Shown here one piece after another: positions 1-8,247 of a stretch of 38,757 nt of DNA. A program made the translations under genes and the position numbers. The stretch is from NCBI GenBank assembly GCA_027485365.1, contig JAIXRD010000258.1, forward strand, positions 1-38,757, written 5' to 3'. The notes beneath the pieces were generated by a model that worked only from the letters and a program-made list of their open reading frames with translations, made no database searches and was not told where the DNA came from. The DNA is from Cryomorphaceae bacterium (lineage in GTDB: Bacteria > Bacteroidota > Bacteroidia > Flavobacteriales_D > Crocinitomicaceae). Positions within the stretch are counted from its first letter, which is position 1; every line of letters starts with the position of its first letter.

Positions 1-81
1 CTTTTCGTTTATGTCCGTCGAAATACGGTCGTAAACTTTCTGTTTAAGTGTGCTAATATACTTCTGTTCGTTGTCGTTCAT
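1..81 (-). CDS. hypothetical protein, 5' fragment (gene continues beyond left edge)
   Basis: ATG at 81..79 on the minus strand opens the frame MNDNEQKYISTLKQKVYDRISTDINEK, which runs off the window. Only 27 codons are visible and I recognise no family. Confidence 0.3.
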   Translation of the reverse strand, partial: MNDNEQKYISTLKQKVYDRISTDINEK

Positions 82-287
82 TGTGGTCTTTTAAGCGAGT
101 ATTTAACATTCGGCGCGCTGGCGATCGACTAAGGAATGATTTAGGTTATTTCTTACACGCTCGGTAGACGTTGTTTATATAAGTTATTCATTGCACCGTT
201 AAAGTACAATATAAATTCTATGCTTCTAAATGGCGTTATTGAATCTACTTCTATCTTAACTAAGAATTAATTTTTTTTTTTAGTATT

Positions 288-2177
288 CTACTTATTTATT
301 TTAATTCTTTTTATCGGAAGTACATAGTGAGATTCAGATTTAACCCTGGTTCTATCATATTTTGCACCATACAATCGATCATTATGAAAATCACTATCAA
401 AAGAAAACACAAATGCATTATTTCCTAAATTTTGATCACTAGATGTCCAAATAAAATTATCAATAATCATCCCCCCAAATTTTTCAAACCCACCTTTATA
501 ACTGCTATTTCTAAGATGCTTAACATTGAATTTATGAATTCCAGTAATATGTATTGCTTCACGTGCCATTTTAAGTTCATCATAAGACGGTAAAAACCAA
601 CCTATTTTATCACAAGCTGTAGCAGCATTTTGTTGTAATATTTTTTTTGTGGAAAAAAAGCCTCGCTCAATCTTTATGCTCGCATTTTCTAAAATATTTT
701 TAGTGTTCAACTCACCACTGCCAAATTCTAATGAGTTTGAACAATTAATATATGTTTCACTATTATAATATCCTCCCCATGGTAATTTTCCTTTAAGAGG
801 TTTTTCCTTAATTATTAGAAACTCATTATTTATTTCATCTTTATAAAATATTACCCCCCCAGCGTAAACAGATCCGATTTTCAATTCATCAATTGAGATT
901 GCTTTGATTTTCTCATTGAAAATTTGTTGCATTTTTTCGAAAGAAAGTTGTTTCGCATTTTTTAACTCATTAATTATTGATTCAATTTCTACAGTATTTA
1001 AAGTTGCAAATGATTTCAGTTTTATAGTTTCAATTGTTTGGTCGATTTGAATTAATAATTCTTTTGATTTCGTGTTAATGTTTTTATCCAAATTGACATA
1101 TTTTTCAAATTCAATAACTTTTAAATCATACGGTTTATCTAACAATTCAATTAAAACACTAACATTATTATTTTCTTCAGTGGAATTACTTATTTTAAAT
1201 TTCTCAATAAGTGTTTTTATTTTTTCGTTTATTTTTTGATTTTTTTTATCGATTAAATTTAAGACAGTTAATTCGCTTATAAATTCCATTTCTTTGAAAA
1301 CTGCTAGTGCAAAAACAGGTTTTTTTTCTATACAGATATCTAAATTTTTAATTGCCACATCAATTTCATTATTTCTAATTTGATATTTAGCAAGCAAAAA
1401 TCTAAACTCTAAGGTTTCATTATATTTAAGAGCTTTAGTTTGATAATTTACAGCTTCATCAAAACGACCAAGTATATATGCGGCTAAAGCAGCTTTATCA
1501 TATGAATCAGCAGCTAAATGTCCAATTAATTGCTCAGAACTATTTAGTTTAGAATTTGTGGTTTTAAAATTATTAGTCAAGGCATTAATTAATCGCACTG
1601 CATTAATATCACTTTCAACGCTGGCATATTTTGCGGCACGAATAAAATAATCAAGCGCTTTTTCAGGATGGATATATTTTTCTACATATAAGTATATGCA
1701 CCCTATTCGATGTAGAACAAAATAATCCTGTTTCAATAAGGATTCCGCTTTTAGAAGTTCCTCAAGAGCATCTGCGTATAGGTCAGCATCTTTAGACGCA
1801 TTAACGAAAAATTTGACACCAAGTTCAATACTGCGTTGCCTTTCCTTTTCACTATCCGGTACACGTAATAATTCTACGATATTTTGTAAAAGTAAATTAC
1901 TCAATTTTTGCTGTTCAATTTGAATGTCTAAATTTCTATTAATAAAGGTTAATGTTTGGTTAACTATATTTAAGCCCCCCATTATGTTTGCTTCTAAATT
2001 TTTAATTGCAAGAACCTGTTCCTTGGATGATTCATTAATATATTTTCCTATCGTATCTGCACCATATTTTGCAAGTGAAATATCTCTTGTATAGTCTAGG
2101 TAGCTATCGATTAGATTCGCATTATCTTTCCATGGTCTCCAATAACCAAAAACAAATGAAGGTTTTGAAATTTTCAT
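288..2177 (-). CDS. TPR-like / coiled-coil / DUF1566 (Lcl C-terminal-like) domain protein, no signal peptide
   Basis: 629-aa ORF with an ATG start at 2177. The N-terminus MKISKPSFVFGYWRPW has no hydrophobic leader. The middle has TPR-like helical repeats (DYFVLHRIGCIYLY, YDKAALAAYILGRFDEAVNYQTKALKYN), followed by an Asn/Lys/Ile-rich coiled coil. The C-terminal 196 aa (nt 291..878) carry DUF1566-type motifs: GWFLPSYDELKMA, FIWTSSDQ..NNAFVF and a YVLPIKRI tail. Composition is far more AT-rich than the rest of the window. Confidence 0.8.
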   Translation of the reverse strand: MKISKPSFVFGYWRPWKDNANLIDSYLDYTRDISLAKYGADTIGKYINESSKEQVLAIKNLEANIMGGLNIVNQTLTFINRNLDIQIEQQKLSNLLLQNIVELLRVPDSEKERQRSIELGVKFFVNASKDADLYADALEELLKAESLLKQDYFVLHRIGCIYLYVEKYIHPEKALDYFIRAAKYASVESDINAVRLINALTNNFKTTNSKLNSSEQLIGHLAADSYDKAALAAYILGRFDEAVNYQTKALKYNETLEFRFLLAKYQIRNNEIDVAIKNLDICIEKKPVFALAVFKEMEFISELTVLNLIDKKNQKINEKIKTLIEKFKISNSTEENNNVSVLIELLDKPYDLKVIEFEKYVNLDKNINTKSKELLIQIDQTIETIKLKSFATLNTVEIESIINELKNAKQLSFEKMQQIFNEKIKAISIDELKIGSVYAGGVIFYKDEINNEFLIIKEKPLKGKLPWGGYYNSETYINCSNSLEFGSGELNTKNILENASIKIERGFFSTKKILQQNAATACDKIGWFLPSYDELKMAREAIHITGIHKFNVKHLRNSSYKGGFEKFGGMIIDNFIWTSSDQNLGNNAFVFSFDSDFHNDRLYGAKYDRTRVKSESHYVLPIKRIKINK

Positions 2178-2254
2178 ATTATAATTTAATGATGAGTAGA
2201 TTATTTATCCTAGTTTGAATTATTTTCAATTACCACTAACTTGTTTGCAAGCGA

Positions 2255-2364
2255 TATAAATCTTCGCTTATACACCCAAATCGGCTGTATTTGTGCTAGT
2301 TCATTGCGCTTGTACGAAAATACGATTTTTCTTTTCTAAGGCCTTTTATTGTTTTTTATCGCGG
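2255..2364. repeat. copy A of a ~110-bp imperfect direct repeat
   Basis: Hand alignment with 4362..4471 in the same orientation shows about 15 differences, including 2 one-base indels, over ~110 positions (~85% identity). Identical blocks include tataaatcttcgcttata, cggctgtatttg and tgttttttatcgcgg. Confidence 0.85.
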
Positions 2365-2465
2365 GTTCAACTCAGCCCAGTGGTTCATAGTTGGTAATTG
2401 GTTTGTAATCTAGGAGTAACATACCATGCCTTTGGGATAGGTGTTGTTGTGCGTTTATGGAATCC

Positions 2466-3233
2466 TTAGTTTAATTTCTCAAATTTGATATCATCAACCC
2501 AAATCGTCAGGTTGTTGTCTTTTGAGTTTGCTGTAATTCCTATTTCACAACTACTATACATTCCCTTGGTTCCTTGTTGAAAATACAAAATATCTTTGGG
2601 TAAAGTTCTATTGTTTTTACTGTCAATAATTAATTGTCCATTTTGCCATAAACGCACTGCACCTTTGTTTTTTTGAGAGAGCGTTACTTCCCAAACTACT
2701 TGTACCCATTGGTTTCTTGGAAAATCAATTTCTTGTCCAGTTTGTTGTGTAATATCTTTTTCATTAAACTTATATTCCACTCTTAATTTATTGTCGACTA
2801 AAGCCAATCTCATGCCTGGTCCGGCACCAATGGCCGCTTGTTCTTCTAAATCCATTAAAAACAGCCAATCCAGTGCATTCGTCCCTTCAATAAAATACCA
2901 AGCACTCATTCTTACAGTTTCTCCATCCCAGAACGCCATATTTTGTTTTGCTATACTGGATTTAGATGCGCCATCATTGTCGGATTTTTTTGCTACAAAC
3001 TTTAGTGATTTATTTCCTGAATGCACCTTGGTAGTGTCAATCGTAATGTTGTTTTCCGCTCTTGTAAGTTGAGTAAAAGACCAATATTGGTCATTAGGTA
3101 AAAGTAAGTCGCTTAGTATTGAATATGATTCAATGTCGTCTTGAAAAAAATCAGGTCCATCAAAGAATTTTTCCTTATTACACCCAGTAAAGATTATGGC
3201 AACAAATAATATAGTTACTATTTCTATCTTCAT
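2466..3233 (-). CDS. lipoprotein, concanavalin/polysaccharide-lyase-like beta-sandwich (hypothetical)
   Basis: 255-aa ORF with an ATG start. It has a lipoprotein signal (MKIEIVTILFVAIIFTGC, lipobox Cys). The beta-rich sequence ends in LTIWVDDIKFEKL, which resembles jelly-roll lectin or lyase-like families. The family assignment is tentative. Confidence 0.65.
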   Translation of the reverse strand: MKIEIVTILFVAIIFTGCNKEKFFDGPDFFQDDIESYSILSDLLLPNDQYWSFTQLTRAENNITIDTTKVHSGNKSLKFVAKKSDNDGASKSSIAKQNMAFWDGETVRMSAWYFIEGTNALDWLFLMDLEEQAAIGAGPGMRLALVDNKLRVEYKFNEKDITQQTGQEIDFPRNQWVQVVWEVTLSQKNKGAVRLWQNGQLIIDSKNNRTLPKDILYFQQGTKGMYSSCEIGITANSKDNNLTIWVDDIKFEKLN

Positions 3234-3718
3234 TTTACGTTATTGTTTAAGGTATAGCCAATGCTTAGGCCTCCCCATTGTTGAATTTGAAAGTCAACGA
3301 GATACGAAATAAGTGGTGTGTAGGTCACACGATAAAACCATTTTTTATTTTCGGATTGGTAGCGATATCCAATTGCTGCGGTTGTCATAGCAAAAAAACT
3401 TCCTTTTGTTGTAATGGTAATGCCTTGACCTAAACCCAATTCCAGTTTGTGTGATTTTTTACCGATTAGTGAATTGATCATTAGTGGAAATACGATGCCC
3501 GTCCCGTTATTCTTGTCTATAGGCGCAAGACTCAATCCTGCCCGCCAAGTGAGTTCCGAATTGTTTTTCTTATGAAAATGTGTTTCATAGTTAACCGAAC
3601 CAACACCACCGCTGCCTGCGATTTCAAGGAATACCGATTTTTTTTTATCGGAATTTGTCTGTGCAACGCTTAGCTGTGTAAACACGGTCAGGAGCATTAT
3701 ACTAACAGTTATTTTCAT
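3230..3718 (-). CDS. small secreted protein, probable outer-membrane beta-barrel (hypothetical)
   Basis: 162-aa ORF with an ATG start and a signal peptide MKITVSIMLLTVFTQLSVAQ. It shows an alternating hydrophobic beta-strand pattern and an aromatic-rich C-terminal strand (LSIGYTL). Its stop overlaps the start of the 2466..3233 gene by 4 nt. Confidence 0.65.
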   Translation of the reverse strand: MKITVSIMLLTVFTQLSVAQTNSDKKKSVFLEIAGSGGVGSVNYETHFHKKNNSELTWRAGLSLAPIDKNNGTGIVFPLMINSLIGKKSHKLELGLGQGITITTKGSFFAMTTAAIGYRYQSENKKWFYRVTYTPLISYLVDFQIQQWGGLSIGYTLNNNVK

Positions 3719-3756
3719 AATATTATCAGGACCTTTGCTAATATATCAAACCGATT

Positions 3757-4308
3757 TTAGTGGTTGATGTTATTTTTAAATTGTCGTAAAATTTCTTTCG
3801 CTTGTTCTAAATGTCTTTGTTCGTGTGAAACAATAATGTCAAATGCTGTTTCTAATTTGTAAACTATATTCTTGTTAGCTGGGGAAGAAATCACAACTCC
3901 TTTCTCAATAAGTTCTTTTGCACCATCTATTTTCTGTATAAGTTCAATTTGATGATTTTGAAACCTGTTCAAAATGTCACTATTTACATTACTTGCTGTT
4001 GGTTCCCATATTGGGAACGTCTTCATTTTCTTCTTCCTATCTGGCTGAACTGCATTTAATACAGTCTTACCTAAAAAGGAAACTATGAAGCCAATTTTTG
4101 CGATGAAAGGTGTTTTATATGTCCCTGCTTTTAGGGAAGCTAAAACAGGATAATACGATTCATTGGTTACAATCAAATGGTCTAAATTCTGAGCAATACT
4201 CCAAACAGTAGAATTCGGTTTCCAATTCAATTGTTCATTTGTCAAGGATCCAAATTCAGATAAGTATTGTCTTGAAATGTCGCTTAAGGTAGATGTCCAA
4301 TTTTTCAT
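3757..4308 (-). CDS. DinB-family (DinB_2-like) metal-dependent protein
   Basis: 183-aa ORF with an ATG start. It shows a conserved His pattern typical of DinB four-helix bundles (NLDHLIV near the N-terminus, SHEQRHLEQAKEI near the C-terminus). Confidence 0.75.
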   Translation of the reverse strand: MKNWTSTLSDISRQYLSEFGSLTNEQLNWKPNSTVWSIAQNLDHLIVTNESYYPVLASLKAGTYKTPFIAKIGFIVSFLGKTVLNAVQPDRKKKMKTFPIWEPTASNVNSDILNRFQNHQIELIQKIDGAKELIEKGVVISSPANKNIVYKLETAFDIIVSHEQRHLEQAKEILRQFKNNINH

Positions 4309-4361
4309 TTTAATGATAGCTGTTTTTTATGTGTACTCTTGCCAAGCTTTTTTATAGGCTC

Positions 4362-4471
4362 TATAAATCTTCGCTTATATAACCAAACGGCTGTATTTGC
4401 GCTAGTTTATTGCGTATACACGAATATACGATTAATCTGTTTTTAAGGCCTTTTTTTGTTTTTTATCGCGG
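4362..4471. repeat. copy B of the ~110-bp imperfect direct repeat
   Basis: See copy A. It lies in the divergent intergenic region between the DinB gene (start 4308, minus strand) and the DUF2480 gene (start 4509, plus strand). Confidence 0.85.
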
Positions 4472-4496
4472 AATTCACACAAGGCACAACATTGCG

Positions 4497-4504
4497 TATT
4501 TTTG
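4497..4504 (+). promoter_or_regulatory. candidate Bacteroidota -7 promoter box (TAnnTTTG)
   Basis: TATTTTTG matches the TAnnTTTG consensus and ends 4 nt before the ATG at 4509. This would imply a leaderless or near-leaderless transcript. Confidence 0.3.
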
Positions 4505-4508
4505 TAGC

Positions 4509-5009
4509 ATGGAACCCATACGGAACAAAGTAAAAGAAAGCGGCCTAATTCAATTGGATTTGGAAGATTTCTTACCCAACGAAGCTCCTATAAGCTTGGA
4601 TTTAAGTGAACAACTTTGGCAAGGGTTTGTGTTGAAAGAAAAAGAATTCAGATCCTGGATTAAAGAAACCGATTGGTCCATCTACGCCAATAAACCGGTT
4701 AGAATCCATTGTTCTACCGATGCGATTATTCCAACCTGGGCCTATATGCTCGTAACTGCTGCCTTGGCGGAACATACCACGGATGTTATTTCTGGAAACG
4801 AAGTTTCCATGGAACACTATCTAATTCGCAAGGCACTAAATAATTTAACGTTATCGAATTTTGTGGATCAACGCGTCATCGTAAAAGGCTGTGCTAAATT
4901 GTTGGACCAAGAACATGCCTTGACACAATTAGTATTGGCCTTAAAACCTTACGTTAAATCGATGATGTTTGGTGAACCGTGTTCTACGGTGCCGATTTTT
5001 AAGCGTTAA
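4509..5009 (+). CDS. DUF2480 family protein
   Basis: The ORF track starts at 4410, but the first ATG (4509, MEPIRNKVKESGLIQLDLEDF...) gives a ~166-aa product typical of this Bacteroidota family (CSTDAIIPTWAYMLV motif). The upstream extension overlaps the repeat and promoter region. Confidence 0.75.
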   Translation: MEPIRNKVKESGLIQLDLEDFLPNEAPISLDLSEQLWQGFVLKEKEFRSWIKETDWSIYANKPVRIHCSTDAIIPTWAYMLVTAALAEHTTDVISGNEVSMEHYLIRKALNNLTLSNFVDQRVIVKGCAKLLDQEHALTQLVLALKPYVKSMMFGEPCSTVPIFKR

Positions 5010-5758
5010 GCTTCTTCTTCAACTGAGCCTGGTACCAAAATTCTACCGCAGTGCTCGCACACTAAAATTTTCTTCTTGGTAACAATGTCTAATTGACGTT
5101 GAGGTGGGATTTTGTTAAAACATCCACCACAAGATCCGCGCATCACTTGAACTACAGCAAGACCGTTTTTAGCGTTGTCGCGTAGACGAGAGTATGCAAA
5201 GATTAATCGCTCTTCGATGTTCTTTTTAGCCGCCTCAGATGCTTTCATTAATTTATCTTCATCCTTCTGCGTTTCGCTAACGATATCGTCAAGCTCTTTT
5301 TGCTTGATTGATAAATCTGATTTACGCATCTCTAAACGAGCTTGCGCTTCATCAAGAATTTCTTTCTTCCCTTCGATTTTTATCTTCGCTTCTTTGCTTC
5401 GCTTCTCGTGCAATTTGATTTCTAACTCTTGGTATTCAATCTCTTTGCTTAATGATTCGAATTCACGGTTATTTCGAACATTGTTTTGACGCTCTTTATA
5501 TTTCGTGATTGCGGTTTCAGATTCTTTGGACGCATTTTTACGCTCTGCAATCTCATTATCCAATTCCTTAATTTCATCTTGAATTTTTCCAACACGCGTT
5601 TCTAAGCCGCCGATTTCATCTTCTAAATCACGAACTTCAAGAGGTAATTCCCCACGGATTGTTCGAATTCGGTCAATTTCAGAGTCAATTTTTTGAAGCT
5701 CAAAAAGTGAATCAAGCTTCTCGGCAATGCTAACTTCTTTTTTACTTGCAGTGGCCAT
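5006..5758 (-). CDS. zinc-ribbon / coiled-coil protein (COG1579 family, Nif3-associated)
   Basis: A long coiled coil is followed by a C4 zinc ribbon (CGGCFNKIPPQ...CEHCGRIL). It lies directly downstream of the Nif3-like gene, which is the usual pairing. The first codon in the ORF track (5764) is TTG, so the ATG at 5758 (MATASKKEV) is preferred. Confidence 0.85.
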   Translation of the reverse strand: MATASKKEVSIAEKLDSLFELQKIDSEIDRIRTIRGELPLEVRDLEDEIGGLETRVGKIQDEIKELDNEIAERKNASKESETAITKYKERQNNVRNNREFESLSKEIEYQELEIKLHEKRSKEAKIKIEGKKEILDEAQARLEMRKSDLSIKQKELDDIVSETQKDEDKLMKASEAAKKNIEERLIFAYSRLRDNAKNGLAVVQVMRGSCGGCFNKIPPQRQLDIVTKKKILVCEHCGRILVPGSVEEEA

Positions 5759-5760
5759 AT

Positions 5761-6855
5761 TCAAAGGAAATTTATCGGATTTGTATTATTTACAGTTAAA
5801 CGGACGGCAAAGGTAGGAAATTTTTCCCTAATTATTTCAACTAATAATGCAGAAGTATATTGCTCACTTTCATAATGACCAATATCGGCAATGATGATCT
5901 TGTTTTCTGCACCAAAAAACTCATGGTATTTGAAGTCTCCACTAATGAAAATGTCAGCGTTTTGTTGGATTGCCTGAGGTAATAGAAAACTACCAGCGCC
6001 ACCGCAAAGTGCTACGGTACGTATGGGTTTATTCTGCAATGCTGTATATCGAATCACCCCACAATTAAAGGTTTCTTTTAGATGGGATAAAAACTCGAGT
6101 GCATCCATGGGTTCGGGAAGTTCGCCAATCATTCCGCTGCCAACCTGTGCATTACTGTTTTCAAGGGCAATTAAATCATAAGCCACCTCTTCGTACGGAT
6201 GCGCTCCCTTCATGGCTGAAAGCACCGCACCAATGGTGTTTTTTTCAAGCAAATACTCCATTTTCGCTTCCTCTTGCCGAGTGGGTACATGCGCTTCACC
6301 GATGCTTGGATTCGCTTTTTCATTGGGGGTGAATTTCCCAATGCCGACCGTAGTATAGCCACAGTTATAGTAATTCCCAATGTTCCCAGCGCCGGCAGCA
6401 CATACCGCTTCATGTACGCGTTCTTCGGAGTCTACAGGCGTGTAGACAACCAATTTGAAAAGGGTATGTGGTTTAGGCTGAAGTATACGGCATTGACGAA
6501 GACCAATTGTTGAGGCAATTTTTGAATTTACCCCATCAATGTGATTGTCTAGATTGGTATGTATTGCATAGATGGCAATGTCCTGTTTGATGCATCGATG
6601 CAAGATGCGTTCGATCTCTGTTGAAACTCCAATCCGTTTTATGCCTTTAAATAGGATTGGATGATGCACCAGAATTACATTACTGCCTGTCTGTATGGCT
6701 TCTTCTACAATATCCTCCGTGCAGTCCAGCGCCACAAGCACGCTTGTGATGTCCATGCTTGGATCGCCAAGTTGTAATCCTGAATTATCGTAATCTTCCT
6801 GAAGGTTCAGAGGAAATCGTTCTTCCAAATAAGCCGTGAGCTGAAATAATTTCAT
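5761..6855 (-). CDS. Nif3-like dinuclear metal centre protein (GTP cyclohydrolase 1 type 2 family)
   Basis: 364 aa with an ATG start. NIF3 hallmarks are present: LVHHPILFKG, AIYAIHTNLD, a central inserted domain, and a C-terminal GDFKYHEF...IGHYESE. Confidence 0.9.
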   Translation of the reverse strand: MKLFQLTAYLEERFPLNLQEDYDNSGLQLGDPSMDITSVLVALDCTEDIVEEAIQTGSNVILVHHPILFKGIKRIGVSTEIERILHRCIKQDIAIYAIHTNLDNHIDGVNSKIASTIGLRQCRILQPKPHTLFKLVVYTPVDSEERVHEAVCAAGAGNIGNYYNCGYTTVGIGKFTPNEKANPSIGEAHVPTRQEEAKMEYLLEKNTIGAVLSAMKGAHPYEEVAYDLIALENSNAQVGSGMIGELPEPMDALEFLSHLKETFNCGVIRYTALQNKPIRTVALCGGAGSFLLPQAIQQNADIFISGDFKYHEFFGAENKIIIADIGHYESEQYTSALLVEIIREKFPTFAVRLTVNNTNPINFL

Positions 6856-7589
6856 TAAAATGTTTTTGAGATACCGAGTGTGAATCCCATGGCATTTGCC
6901 TTGTGAATATAGGGATTGTATTTACCATAGGTATTGGAAAGTTGTTGTCTGTAAAAGGCTTTTAAAATTATTCCCAAACCTTTTTCTCCGGTATATTGTA
7001 TTCCTCCCTGAAAATAAACTTGAAATACAGCCGACGAATAATCATTGTTCTTGATTTTAAGGGTTTCCTTTTCGTTAGCACCCACCGCAGTCGACCAGTT
7101 TATTTGTTGGATGCTTCGGTTGAAAATCATTGGAGCAATTCCAGCGCCAACAAATACCCTAAATGAACTCCCGTATTGTAGGTTAAGTGCTAAGGGCAAT
7201 CCAAGGTATCGGTATCGATTGGTATAATTTATACTGCTGTCGCTGTTGGGGTCCTTAAATGCATATTGCTCGCCTTGCTGAAGCCATAATAATCCCGATT
7301 CAAATCGGATCCATTTCCCTAAGCCGGTTTGAATCCCTAGGCCATAACTCCATAAGGTTAATGGGGTTTCATTGGCTCGTTCACCCAAGGGAGTATTTAG
7401 AAATTCGGCATTAGGCACCAAGGTACGAAACGACTGATTTCGCGTGAATTCCAAAGCTACTTGGGTTGCCATTTTCTGTTGTGTCCACCCACTTTTTTTC
7501 TTGGCTTGCTCATTAATTTCAAGTTGCCCAAAGCTTGACTGAAAGGCAAGGGTAAGAATAAGGCAGCACAATAATAGATATCTAATCAT
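6855..7589 (-). CDS. outer-membrane beta-barrel protein (porin-family, hypothetical)
   Basis: 244 aa with a signal peptide MIRYLLLCCLILTLAFQSSFGQ. It has alternating beta-strand periodicity and a C-terminal aromatic residue (LGISKTF). Confidence 0.65.
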   Translation of the reverse strand: MIRYLLLCCLILTLAFQSSFGQLEINEQAKKKSGWTQQKMATQVALEFTRNQSFRTLVPNAEFLNTPLGERANETPLTLWSYGLGIQTGLGKWIRFESGLLWLQQGEQYAFKDPNSDSSINYTNRYRYLGLPLALNLQYGSSFRVFVGAGIAPMIFNRSIQQINWSTAVGANEKETLKIKNNDYSSAVFQVYFQGGIQYTGEKGLGIILKAFYRQQLSNTYGKYNPYIHKANAMGFTLGISKTF

Positions 7590-7648
7590 GGAGTAAATTT
7601 ACGAAAGAATGCTTAACCTATATCAATGGGATTTTGCTAATTCAGCCC

Positions 7649-7656
7649 TACCTTTG
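7649..7656 (+). promoter_or_regulatory. candidate -7 promoter box (TACCTTTG)
   Basis: Exact TAnnTTTG match 22 nt upstream of the yceI-like ATG (7679). A TTTG at 7633..7636 is closer than the usual -33 spacing. Confidence 0.35.
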
Positions 7657-7678
7657 TTGCATTAAAAAAATTATAATT

Positions 7679-8203
7679 ATGACAACTTGGAAAATTGACA
7701 ACATGCACAGTGAAGTAGGCTTCAAAGTGCGACACATGATGATTTCAAACGTATCTGGAAGTTTTGCTTCGTTTGATGCAACCTTAAATGCAGCGGATGA
7801 GAACTTAGCAGATGCATCCTTTGATTTTTCTGCAGCTATCGATAGTATTCAAACTGGCGTTGCGGATAGAGACGGTCACTTAAAGTCAGGAGATTTCTTT
7901 GATGCGGCTGCTTATCCAACCTTATCGTTTAAATCGACTGAAGTAATTCAACACGGTGGGGAGTGGAAAATTAACGGGGATATGACCATTAAAGGAGTTA
8001 CACATCCGCTTACCTTGACTGCAGAATTCGCAGGAATCGCAGTGGATCCTTACGGGCAAACTAAAGCAGGATTAACCATTACAGGTAAAATCAAACGTTC
8101 TGATTTTGGATTGACATGGTCTGCAGTAACTGAAGCTGGTAATGTTGTTCTTGGTGATGAAATCACCTTAATGAGTGAAGCACAGTTCGTAAAGCAAGCA
8201 TAA
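7679..8203 (+). CDS. YceI family protein
   Basis: MTTWKIDNMHSEVGFKVRHMMISNVSGSF is the typical YceI N-terminus. The ATG at 7679 is preferred over the ORF-track start at 7634, which would place the -7 box inside the gene. Confidence 0.88.
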   Translation: MTTWKIDNMHSEVGFKVRHMMISNVSGSFASFDATLNAADENLADASFDFSAAIDSIQTGVADRDGHLKSGDFFDAAAYPTLSFKSTEVIQHGGEWKINGDMTIKGVTHPLTLTAEFAGIAVDPYGQTKAGLTITGKIKRSDFGLTWSAVTEAGNVVLGDEITLMSEAQFVKQA

Positions 8204-8224
8204 GATAAAGTTTATCAAATTCAA

Positions 8225-8247
8225 AGGGCCTTCGGGCCCTTTTTTTA
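8225..8247 (+). terminator. intrinsic terminator after the yceI-like gene
   Basis: agggcc-ttcg-ggccct hairpin (6 bp, GC-rich) followed by T6. It overlaps the stop codon of the convergent ABC-F gene. Confidence 0.75.

Noticed and set aside
165-215. Possible degenerate third copy of the 110-bp repeat in the left flank (agttattcattgcacc resembles agttcattgcgc)
   Set aside because: My best hand alignment reaches only about 55-60% identity, with several gaps, in AT-rich DNA. That is not distinguishable from chance without a statistical alignment.
640-1330. Homopolymer runs (T8/A7-A8) inside the AT-rich gene as phase-variation switches
   Set aside because: Runs of this length are expected by composition alone in DNA at about 25% G+C. 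The reading frame is intact, and nothing suggests slipped-strand regulation.
4410-4508. N-terminal extensions in the ORF track: 4410 for DUF2480, 7634 for YceI, 18656 for the DksA-like gene, 29693 for the NIDO protein, and TTG-initiated extensions at 5764, 22211, 22491 and 28076
   Set aside because: The extensions add non-conserved residues ahead of family-typical N-termini or signal peptides. Several would bury a TAnnTTTG promoter box, or overlap the upstream gene. The first ATG downstream gives the expected protein in each case.
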